Shown here one piece after another: positions 1 through 11,003 of a stretch of DNA of 64,000 nucleotides. Source of the DNA: Torpedo marmorata (Eukaryota); the NCBI GenBank assembly GCA_977017645.1, contig OZ360236.1, positions 48,980,001 to 49,044,000 of the forward strand, in the 5' to 3' direction. Both the position numbers and the translations under genes were made by a program. Under the pieces are notes generated by a model. That model was not told the origin of the DNA. It was given only the letters and a program-made list of their open reading frames with translations, and made no database searches. The number at the start of each line of letters is the position of its first letter. The first letter of the stretch is position 1.

Positions 1-789
1 GTGTATCCTTTACAAAGGTAGGGACAGCACAAGAACTTTGTAAGAAAGATGAGTTATAATTGTTTATATTGAGATTGATTTGTCATGAAATCATTTCAAA
101 CCAGAATAGGTTCTTGGAATTCCTATTGGTAATGATTAAACAACTGTTGCTACATTTAGTCTATATGGATGATGTGAAAAATATTTTTTATGAAAATGTA
201 CATCTAATTTGAATTTAAGGATATTTATATTTGGATTCAACTAAATTGCTTCAATGTTCATCCAAGGTAGTTGCGTAACTTTTGAGTTTCAAACCTAGGT
301 TGATTTTCAACTATTGTTTGGTTTTTAAACTACCGGTACTTGGAATACAGTCCCAAGAAAATTGTTTAATTAAAATGTATATTTGTTCATTTTATCAATC
401 ATTTTATCAATCAATTTTCTAACTTTGCTTATCTATAAAATAAGTAGCGATTTTTACTTTGAGCAAATTTTAAATTGCACAATCGTACAAAGCACAATCG
501 TACAAAGCAGTGTATCAGATATGAGAGGGTTGTGGAACTGGATTATCAGTTATCAATAACTATTGAAAATAGTTTAAAGGGGTGCTTCTGTTCAACATTT
601 TAGCTAATAGCCAAGTAAAATATTGTTTCATAATATTTTTTGCAATGAATGTCTGACCTTGGCCTTATCAGTGACTAGGGTGAGGCTAAATGTATACTTG
701 AGGAACAACACATCATATTCTTCCTGGAGTCTTAAAACCTCATGGTATGAACACAAGCTTTCCAATTTTAAGTTGCCCACCCCCCCCCC

Positions 790-1050
790 CCTTGATCTGG
801 TTCCATGGTTCCCTCTCTCCCTCTCCTTTACCTGCTCAGGTTTTCACTTTTCTATCAAACCTTCCCCCTCCCCTTTCTGCCTCACTACCTCTCCCACGTT
901 CTTGTCCAGAATCCTATAATCTCTTGGCCCCTCCCCAGTCTATATACCTACTATCTCCCCTTACCATTTTAATCCTGACCCAAAACTTTGACCAGTTCCC
1001 TCAATGGATGCTGCGTGACCTGAGTTCCTCCAGCTTCTCGTTGTGTGCTC
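790..1050 (+). mobile_element. Degraded Penelope-like 3' end remnant
   Basis: A pyrimidine-rich tract is followed by ggatgctgcgtgacctgagttcctccagc, which resembles the tail of the Penelope copies at 7140 and 22760. Confidence 0.5.
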
Positions 1051-2143
1051 ACTGTTTGGTTGACTTGTTTCTGGAAAACCAGAAACTTTTGTTGTCAACC
1101 AGTAACTTTATTGAAACTTTCCATTGCCTCTATTTTGTTATATGAAGATCAGCGCTGTCAGCAGAACTCTTGAATGATTTGCTTCATACCAATCTATTTT
1201 GAATGTACATGGTGACTTGATATTCCACAGCTCTCTTGGACAGGGAATTTCAAACGTTCCCTACCCTCTGGGTCTTGTCTCAATCCTGAATGGTCAACCC
1301 TTTTTGCGTTTTTGACACTGACCACTCGTTCCACATACCTTATCTCCACTTTGGTATCATTTGGAAATTTACTGCATTTTTTTTTTCCAGTTAGTCTAAT
1401 TTTGTTTGTTTAATCAATATTGTTTTAAATTTTAGTAAGAATTCAGATAGTTAGAATGACTGTTTCCTCTCTCTTCCAATTCCAGGCACAGCTTGGCATT
1501 TTTACAATCAGAGCCAGGGGATTGTCAGGAGCCTAATAGAGGCTTCTCCTGGAGTGATAACTGCTTTCATCCTGAGATAGGACAACATCCTTCTCCACTC
1601 TGCCTCCGGCATCTCCTGGGGCTTGACAGTTCCAGGAGAATGCCAGAGGTGCTGTCGTGGGATTTGTACTGCTCTCATTGCTGCCTTTAGGCCTTTGCCA
1701 GCCCACACCACCAAATCTTTGGGATGATGCCCATCTTCTGGCTGCTTCAGGTTGGCAATAAGCCGATGTTTAGAAGCTAACTAAGACTTCATTAAGGTGC
1801 ATAGATTTGGAACTGGTTTCTTCTCCCAATTAAACCGAGCCCTGCCAGTCTGCCAACTCCGAAACCATGTTGTAGTTAAGGAGGTGCCCATCAATGACAC
1901 TGAAACGATATGTTCTTGGCACCAATGAAGGTTCTCCTTTGAGAGAATGAAGAAAAAAAAATGTAACATTTGAATATTTTTAATATGCCAAAATTACTTT
2001 ACCACTTGTATCCAACTAAGAACTTGGTAAACTTTGTTCTAATCCTCTATTAGTATCCGAGACCTTTTTATTTTAATACTGACAGATGATGTTACTGTGA
2101 AGTATAGCTCATTCTGTTGAAAATCTCCCATAAATAGAGACAC

Positions 2144-2314
2144 ACAGGAGACTGCAGATGCTGGAATCTGGTGTAACAAGCAGTCTGCTCAGAGCTCAGT
2201 TGTTCAAGCAGCATCAATGGGAGAATGACATTCCGGCCTGAAACATTAACCATTCTCTTTCTTCCACTGCTGCTCAACCTGTTGAGTTCCACCAGCAGAT
2301 TGTTTGTTATTCCT
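2144..2314. mobile_element. 171-bp fold-back element made of two inverted Penelope-type tails, 14-bp TSD
   Basis: The left arm aacaagcagtctgct..agcagca..gagaatg is an imperfect reverse complement of the right arm cattctc..tgctgct..agcagattgtttgtt. ATAAATAGAGACAC flanks both sides (2130-2143 and 2315-2328). Confidence 0.7.
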
Positions 2315-3649
2315 ATAAATAGAGACACTAGTTTAGTGACTGAATAAATTAAATATAGTTTTCCAGAATTCGCATTCTTCAAGCTCTTAGTCATAAATTG
2401 CACTTTTATCTCTGACATAACATCAGCCTGTGTCTTGGCCTCGTGTAATAAATTGATGGCTGCTCTTTCAATACAGCCCTAACCTAAGCAACATTGCACC
2501 ATCTCTTTCAAAACTGGCATGGATACTTTATTCTTCCTACATATCGGATAGGGTCCATTGACAAACACAATCATGATTGATATTTCTTTCTCACTTCTGT
2601 ACAGTTGTAGGATTTTGGCAAGTGTTCTAGGATCTTAATCCACACAAATCCTCCTTGAAAGTGTCTTATCAGGGGCATTTTAAAAATATATTTTGTATTA
2701 AAAAGATGCAAATGCAATACCTGTACTTAAAAAGTTAATTGGAGATGATGTCTTGATAATTATAAAATATTCTTTGTGTAACATTTAGCAAGAAATTGGT
2801 ATATTTCTTGGGGATGGAGTAAATATTCTCAGCAGGAAATAGTTGAACGGAGCAAGATGTGAATAGTGAGGTACGTTATCAACGATGGTATTACAAAGCT
2901 ATGATTGCCCCTCTCGCATTTGCTTTTCCCCTTTCTTTAAAGTCCAATTCAAAGTGACACTATCATTCTCTCTTTCCATGCACTGCTATGCAATCTAACA
3001 TTCTTAGCATGCCACTGCAGTTCATTTATTTTTTCTCTCCTGCGTCCCAATTATTAACAACTCGTATTACTTTTCATGCTAACTTGATTGAATTGCTAAA
3101 TGAGCATTGCCATCCGCTGCTATTCATTTACATAAACACATTGTGCACCAGCAACTTTAAATCGGGGTGAGAATTTTGGTCATTGCTATTATTCCTCAGT
3201 CTGTGCACATCAAACCATTTGAATAGCCACCTGGTTAACATCATCCATTACACAACAGCTTAAGGAGTCAAAAATGGAATGTTTGTTATCTTTTTGAATA
3301 CCATATGTACATTTTCCCAGAGGCCATTTGCAGAGCTTGATTTACTTCTGTGATTAAAATTGATGGTTCTACCCAAATATTTATCTACAAATGTGTAAGA
3401 GGACATTAGGCATGAACTCAGTGTGATATTGTTGAAATATTCCAAAGTCCCTTTCTTTGGAAAATGAATTCAACCTTTATCAGCATTCCAGACAATGACT
3501 GATTCAATGGAATCTGGAAAAGCATGTACCTGATCAAAACATTAAACCACGGTGGCAATCCTTTTTCCTACCTATGCCTGGTAGTAACAACCCTACCAGT
3601 TTCTACAGTTAAAATAGAGAAATTGTAACTCAACTTGGAAATTACTTTA

Positions 3650-4050
3650 GAAACACAAAAACTGCAAAGGCTGAAATCTTGAGTGAACAAAGAGAAGCTG
3701 GAGGGACTGAGCAGGTGAGACAGCATTTATGTATAAGAAATTGTCGGTCAATGTATTGGATCAGGACCCTTTATTGAGATTAAAGTAGGAAGGGGAGATA
3801 TCAAGCCTAAAAACGGGATAAAAAGGGAGGGTCTGAGGATGCTGGAGAGAAGAAGGTGGGAGAAATGAAGGAGAGAGACCACTTGGTAAGGTTAGAAAAG
3901 TGAGAAGGGAGCAGGTAAAGGAGAGATGAAAACAGTACAACTAGATAGGTGGGGGTAACTTACAATTGTAAAATTCAATCTTCTTGCCATTGGGTGTCCC
4001 AGAGGGGTATGTTACGATGGTCCTCATTGATGTTTAACCTCATCCTGGCA
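3650..4050 (-). mobile_element. Degraded Penelope-like 3' remnant
   Basis: Reverse-complement Penelope tail (gctggagggactgagcaggtgagacagcat), a decayed hammerhead region near 3750-3780 and a purine-rich tract. Confidence 0.5.
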
Positions 4051-4281
4051 AAACTTTGTTCATTTGGAAATCACTGTTAATTGTTAAATATTGCACCTTA
4101 TTATCTCAATTTGGTGCTTGAGTAAACAAGCATACTTAATGTTTTGAAAGATGCTTTCAATTCACAATTGTAGGATAATCAGTTTGCAAAATATTTTCTT
4201 CAATTATCTAACTTCACTTTTACTCATGCATGATTGAATACATCTTGTACTTTTATCCAAATGATCATCCTTCATGTGCGA

Positions 4282-5042
4282 GATTTCAGATCAGATACTA
4301 TTTATTGCCATGTAATAAAACAAATGTAATATTACACAAAATTGCCTTTAGTCTGCCATAAGGCAGATCCAAGATTCGCCATTAGCATTGCCTGGCGCCC
4401 CTTAGTCAGAGAATGAGAAGCAAAAGAGACTCCGAGTCGCTGAGTGTCTGGATTTGCCTCCAGCACTCCCGCAGCCTCTGCAGCTGCACAAAACTTCAGT
4501 TCAAAGCATCAGCAACCAAAGCCCAGATTCAAACCTCTGACAAATGAGGAAACCTTCAGCACCAGGGCCCTTCTTGCCCCCAGCACCCTCTCGAATGCCA
4601 GTGCCGATAACTGGTTCTCATGAACCAGTCTCCAGCAGCCCGCAGCCAGGTGTGAGTCCTTTAACCTCAAGTCACCAGCAGCTCACTGCCTGTGTTCTTC
4701 CTTCAGTTGCAGAGCCACTAGCTGGTCTGTTACCGTCCTTCTCAATAGGGGTTGTTCTCCCTGTTAGTGGTGCCCTGCACCAGTCCGCTGCTCCCCGGAG
4801 TCTGAAACCCATCTTGGCTGCTGCTGAACACAGGTGCCGCCATCTTGGGCCCAGACCCTGAGGTCGTAGGATTTCAAATAAGACGCCTTTATCAGGCTGT
4901 TTAAAGCCTGTATGGAGACGTCAGCAGTATGACTGGGTGGGAGGACCCTGTGGGGGAGCGTTGTGTCTCTGCTCCCTGCTCTCCCTGGTTCCGCACCAGC
5001 AGCAGCTCTAACATTGCAGCAGCTTCAGACGCGCCGCCATTC
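4282..5042 (-). mobile_element. Probable non-autonomous retroposon with Rex1-type tail
   Basis: On the minus strand the 3' end has AATAAA and a (tctga)n-like tail, as in the Rex1 copies. The GC-rich body starts aatggcggcg and has a YY1-like aagatggcggc at 4836-4846. No RT coding was seen. Confidence 0.45.
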
Positions 5043-5622
5043 AACCACAGAGGCAGCAGACACCAACCTTGATTGGCAGTGGAGTTTTCCATGCTGTAAA
5101 CTCAGCAGTTTTCTTGTCAGACCAAAATACCTCTGTGCATAAAATGTTTAATTGAAATTGGCTAACTTTTGTATATTTATAAGATTTGAACTGGGATCTC
5201 TGGTCTTGGCTTAACTTCTCCTTTGGATCATGTACAGCATTTGGGACATATTTTTAACGATCTACATACACTATCACACACTCAATAACAAATAATAGGG
5301 TGACTGTTGCTTTCCCATTCATTTCTAGTCTGTCACTTTGTGGCTGTTCTTTATTTCTTATTGCTGGTGTAAATGTAATTAAAGACATTATAAATCTAGC
5401 ATTTAATTTTGGCTTACCTCAGCAGCCCTCACATTTTTGTCTACGACCAAACAGGACAAGGAGCTATATCATAGGAACACAATTATTCCCAATTGGAAGC
5501 ATTGAGTTGGGAATTTATTGCTATTTATCCATGATTTAGTCAAAGTTCTGCAGTTTCCTACATGATACTTTAGTATAAGCCCTATTAATGTGAGGTCTTC
5601 CATCCTGGTTCAGGGAATTGAT

Positions 5623-7179
5623 CAAAGACCCGACCAGTCACCCTCTACCACCACCCTCCTCCGCCTGGCAGAACTTGTCCTCACTCTCAATAACTTCTCC
5701 TTTAACTCATCCCACTTCCTCCAAATCAAAGGACTAGCCATGGGCATAGGTGCCAGCTACGCCTGCCTGTTTGTGGGCTTTGTGGAGCAATCCATGCTAC
5801 AAGCCCACACAGTCAAGACCCCTCATCTCTTCCTCCGTTATATCGACGACAACATCGGGGCTGCCTCATGCACCCACGATGAGCTTGTCAACTTCATCCA
5901 CTTCGCATCCAACTTCCACCCCGATCTCAAACTCACCTGGTCCATCTCCGATAACACTCTCCCGTTCCTGGATCTCTGTCTCCATCTCAGGAGACAAGCT
6001 TTCCACCGACATTTACAACAAACCCTCCAACTCCCACAACTATCTGGACTACACTTCCTCACACCCTGTCCCCTGCAAGGATTCCATCCCCTTCTCTCAA
6101 TTTCTCCGTCTCTGCCGCATCTGTTCCCAAGATGAGGTCTTCCAGTCCAGATCTTCTGAAATGTCTGCCTTCTTCCACAAACATGGCTTCCCCTCCACCA
6201 CCATCAACTCAGCCCTCACCCGCATCTCCTCCATTTCCCGCTCATCTGCCCTGGCCCCCTCTGCCCCCAGACGCAACAAACATAGAATCCCCCTCATCCT
6301 CACCTACCACCCCACCAGCCTCCGCATCCAACACATTATCCGCCAGAAATTCCGGCACTTACTACAGGATCCCACCACCAGACACATTTTTCCTTCTCCT
6401 CCCCTCTCGGCCTTCCGTAGGGACAGCTCCCTCCGCGATTCCCTCATGCACTCATCCCTCCCCACCCATCGCACCCCCGGCACCTTCCCCTGTGCCCGCA
6501 GGAGGTGCAACACCTGCGCCCACACCATCGCCCTCACCACAGTCTGGGGCCCCAAACAGGCCTTTCAAGTGAAACTGCACTTCACTTGTACATCCAGAGA
6601 ACTTATTTACTGCATCCGGTGCTCCCTTTGTGGCTTTCTCTACATCGGAGAGACCGGCTGTAGATTGGGAGATCGCTTTGCTGAGCACCTCCTCTCCGTC
6701 TGCAACAACAGTGACCTCCCAGTAGCCAGCCATTTCAATTCCAAGTCACACTCCCACACTCACATGTCTGTCCATGGCCTTATGTACTATCCCACCCAGA
6801 CTACCCGCAAATTGGAGGAACAACATCTCATTTTCCGTCTGGGCACTCTCCAGCCAGACGGCATTAACATTGACTTTTCTGCTTTCCACTAAACCTGCTT
6901 GTCTTTTCCTTCCCCTCCCCCCTCACCTGTCCTTCCTGTTTTTTTCCCACCCACCCAGCCATCCCCCCTCCCCCTTTTTGCTGCTGTCCCCTCCCTCTTC
7001 TCCACCTATCATCGCCTGCCTTTGCTTCCCCCCCTCACTCTTTTGTTCGGACGCCTGCCGGCATTTTCTCATACTTTGATGAAGGGCTCAAGCCCGAAAC
7101 GTCGGTTATGTATTTCTACCTTTGCTACATAAAATACACTGTTTGACCTGCTGAGTTTCTCCAGCATTTGTGTTTTTTT
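5623..7179 (+). mobile_element. 5'-truncated Neptune/Penelope copy (frameshifted RT C-terminal part + GIY-YIG)
   Basis: Same family as 19021-22497, with YIDD and LIYCIRCSLCGFLYIGETG motifs. TSD AATTGAT at 5616-5622 and 7180-7186. Confidence 0.92.
7070..7110 (+). ncRNA. Minimal type I hammerhead ribozyme motif (U3 variant)
   Basis: catact-TTGATGA-a-gggc(tcaa)gccc-GAAAC-GTC-ggttatg: core, 4-bp stem II, short palindromic stem III and a bulged stem I. Confidence 0.7.
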
Positions 7180-9037
7180 AATTGATAAGTAATGATGAGT
7201 TTTGTAAATGTCAGGCATATTTCATGAACAAATTTAGAAAGGAGGAAGTAAAAACTTCTATTAAACTCTGACAGATGTTTTTGAGACAATTTTCAGCCAT
7301 TGAAGGTAATTCTGTTGGCTGAAGCATTGGATTATACTGTGGTGGTGGGGGGGGGGGATTGATTCTCTCACTTGCACAATTGAATGGATCATACAAAATG
7401 ACAGTTTCATGTTTCCTTTGCTACTTCATTTTTGTAGCCTCCAGTGTGAGCCCTAAGCATATTTGCACATCCTGTAGTCATCTATCTCATTTTCATAAAT
7501 TTGATGTTTTCATTTGTGACTTTCATTCACCCTGGTCTGTATTGAATTAGCTGATCTAATGAAGACTTTTCCAACTTCTATTGACACATCCATGCCAGAT
7601 TGGAAAAAAGCAAAAATATCACAATAGGCAGTGCCAATTTTTGACTGAGCTTTCAGCTTGCTCATTAGAATTGGCATTAAGCTATCTACTTTAGTCACAA
7701 GTTCCTTTTTAAAAACAATTTTTTGCCTAATTCCTTCAATTGGAGTGGCTGAATTTCAGAAGTTGTGGATTCCCTATTTTACAAATTTGCATACAAGTGA
7801 GTTATTTTGAGCTCCTGTTCTTACTCTTGCTGCCCACTTCAGCCTTCCCATTTTTTTGAATTAAGGATAAATTTCTGCCCTCTTTCCAACTATCCCCTTC
7901 CCACTCCCACCTCAAAATACTCTCCACTAACTTTTCTCTCATTTCTGGAAATCCTGACTGTCTAAGAGCTACCCAACTTTTCAATTAGAAAAGTGAAGCA
8001 AAAGGTTCTATTACAATCCTGCCACTGATCTTGCAAAACCCAGTTTATTGCCATTTCAATCTCTTCCTTATTCTCTCTAATTCTGAGTCGAGTTTCTCTT
8101 CTAGTCCTTAAATTGGGGCATATTCCACATATTAGCATTTCACAAAATCAACTATCTTAGTTTAAAAATTATTACGTTGTTGTTTTCAAATGGATTAGTG
8201 AAAGGAATTTCTGTTCCATTTGATGTATGTAGAATGAATTAATCTACTTTGTACTCTGCTTGGTGGATTGGAAAGAAATTTTCTGCAGGAAAATAAACCT
8301 TCATTACTATTCCCATAGGGTTCTTTTAGATTCTTTTTTGGGTTTTAGATGTTACTGGTGAGGCCAATTTTTTTAAAAATTCCTAACTGCCCTTGAAGTT
8401 GTTGTGAGTGGTTTTTGCTTTCTTGAACCTTTGCAGTCCTTGTGTTTAAGATGCTGAACAGAGCTGTTGGGAAAATTCCTGGATTTAGATCCGGAGATGT
8501 TGGTGGGCATGCGATACATTTCTAAGTTGTCAGTGTTGTGTGCAGCATGGATGGGGTGTTCCTATTGGCTGACAACCCTTGCCCTTCTTGATGGTAAATG
8601 TTGTGGGTTTAGGAGGTGTGAGTGGAGGAGCGTGGAATAGTAATTGAAGTGTACTTTGTAAATGGTTTACTGCAAATACTGTGTGCTGAGAGAATGAATA
8701 TTTGGTACTTGATGGAATGCAGTGGCTGCTTTGTTCCGAAAACTTTTAACCGCTTGAGACTTACTATCGTTGTCACCAGAGAAGCGGAGAGCATTGAGTC
8801 ACTCTCCTAACTTGGTCCTTTCTAAACGATGGAAAGGCCTTTAGGTGTAATGAGCTGAATCACTTGATGCTCAGACTTTGACCAGTTCCTGTAGCCATAG
8901 TATTTTTGTGGTGGTCTGGTTGAGTTTTTAATCTATCTTGCCCCTTCAGGATATTTATGATGAACTACTTGGTATATATATTTTTTAAAGCCATTGAATG
9001 TCAGGGGTATGTGCTCAGTGCCTGATGTAAATGTTAC

Positions 9038-9772
9038 TGTTGTGTTTGGAAAGTATCAGGTTCGGTGGGTTCACAGAGGCGAGTCTGGACGCAAGTGTTA
9101 CAATCAAAGGTAACTTTATTGAACACACGGGAAACAAACGGGAAGATGTCAAACGATACTTAATTACTCTACTACTTAATAGCTATAGACATTCACATCG
9201 GACCCAGGTTGGACTCCGATACCAGTGGCTGCCTATCTTCTTCAAGGTATGAGACAAAAACTATAACAGTGTAAGCAGGCATATCGGGCACAAGGGACTC
9301 CGATACCAGCGGCTGCTTACCCTACCACACTCTCGTGCACATGTACACAACTCACAGGCAGGGACGTTCAAACACACTCCCGATTCCCTGTACCAACGGA
9401 GGTGCGGCTCTCTGCAAGCACTGATCTATCGCAGTACTACGGCTCAACTAAGTGTAGTGCGCAGCTTGCCCATGACTCCTCCAGCGATGTCCACAGTAGT
9501 GACCTGGTGTGGAGTGATGTCCGTGACTTGGACCAAGAGGTAGAGAGAAAGAAATGTGGTATGCATTGATGTCTACGCTGGGCATCTAGCCAATGATGAC
9601 ACTGAATCATTTAAATGAGCCAACGGTAAGGTGTGCACTAATGGGTGGCTGGAGTCCAACCTTGATTGGCAGGTGATGCGACTTCTGAATAGGTTTCAGA
9701 GGGAGGTCACGTGATCCTCCGCAATCCACAATGTTTCAGACAGGGAGGCCACGTGTTCCTCCACATATAACA
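9038..9772 (-). repeat. ERV 3' LTR
   Basis: Aligns with 24671-25386. A PPT-like gaggcgtggaa (minus) lies at 9773-9783 and a minus-strand AATAAA at 9115-9120. Confidence 0.92.
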
Positions 9773-11003
9773 TTCCACGCCTCGGAAGTCACATCACTCG
9801 CCTATCACTACAAACATAATGAATAAAGGATTTCTAAACTGCAAAATCTAAATAAAATGTTATAACCGTAAAAATGTGTCTAAAACTACACAAATCAAGA
9901 GGATCGATATATACACAAGTGCTTTCCGTATGATGGAAAGGCACATTATCAAACTCAATGATGCCTCACCAGCTTCTCTTCCCCCCCCCCCCACCCCCCC
10001 CAAACCAAACAGGGTCGTTGTGTTCCCGATGGAGCAGGGTGCTGTGGAAACTGTTTCCCAGTGTGAGAGGGAAGAGAAAGAAAATTGTTCATTGACTCGC
10101 ATGCCTGGTTTCTCCAGCTTAGCTGGCATGTGTGCACCTTTACCACCAATGCATGCAGGCAGTGCAAGGTCATCCATAAGGTGCCGAAGCCCTCTTGGTC
10201 AGTGCATCCCGTGCCTTGGCTTCTCATTTGGGCGCTCCCTCGGCACAGAGCCCCGATAACTGTCGCCGTGCTATCCCATGGAGAGGCAGGGGACAGGCCG
10301 GCAGGTGTGCATTCAGGGTGTACCCGTATTCTCGTGGGAGCGCCCGTTTTTCTGGGCAGTCATCTGACACCAGGATGCCGTTCCTGCTCACGTTCCCTTC
10401 AAACGCGTGCCACATATGCCTGTGTTGGTTTTCTGTACCGATAGCCAGGAGGACTGTAACTTGGCCAAATTAGTAGGTTTTAAATAAATGCTCCTGAAGC
10501 ATCCACCCCATGAGGAATTAGTATCTATTATAGGGAGGACTGGAGGGATGCTGTCATTACCAAGAGGTTAAAAAAATATATACAATATTTTCTGCATGGA
10601 TGACCTGCAACATTGTAATTAAAGGCTGATAGTACAAATTCCTGAGAGTGTGCTGAAAGATGTTAGTGAAGAGTAAATACCATAGGTCAGGGTTCAATTA
10701 AAAAGGTCCATTACGAAGGCTGTAATTAAAAGGTGCATGACAAAGATTGTGAACATTGTTAAATTGGAATTTCCTGTGAGGGAGTGTCCATGGCAACAGC
10801 TCTTGCCGTCTGCTGAAAGGCTTCTGCATAGTTCATGACAACAGCTCCTGCTGCGAAAACGAGCTGATGCTTATGGCTGGAACTCTGTGAAAATCAGTGA
10901 GGAGAATCGCAGCAGTCTGTTGTGTTGAAGTGGAATTTGTCTGTAGGGTGGCCTTCCATGACATTGAGTTGTCTTTGCCCTACAGGGTGGGTGGGAATTT
11001 TCT

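Noticed and set aside
388-509. 12-bp and 15-bp tandem duplications
   Set aside because: Ordinary slippage duplications with no further structure.
1500-1960. Possible conserved non-coding element
   Set aside because: It looks non-repetitive, but conservation cannot be judged without alignments.
7741-7775. Possible PARD6B PB1 exon (gctgaattt, AEF)
   Set aside because: Only 3 codons match, with no continuing homology or splice signals.
9860-10177. Calling this ORF env
   Set aside because: Only a hydrophobic end is present, with no furin site, immunosuppressive domain or CX6CC motif, and it crosses a G homopolymer. Kept as unexplained instead.
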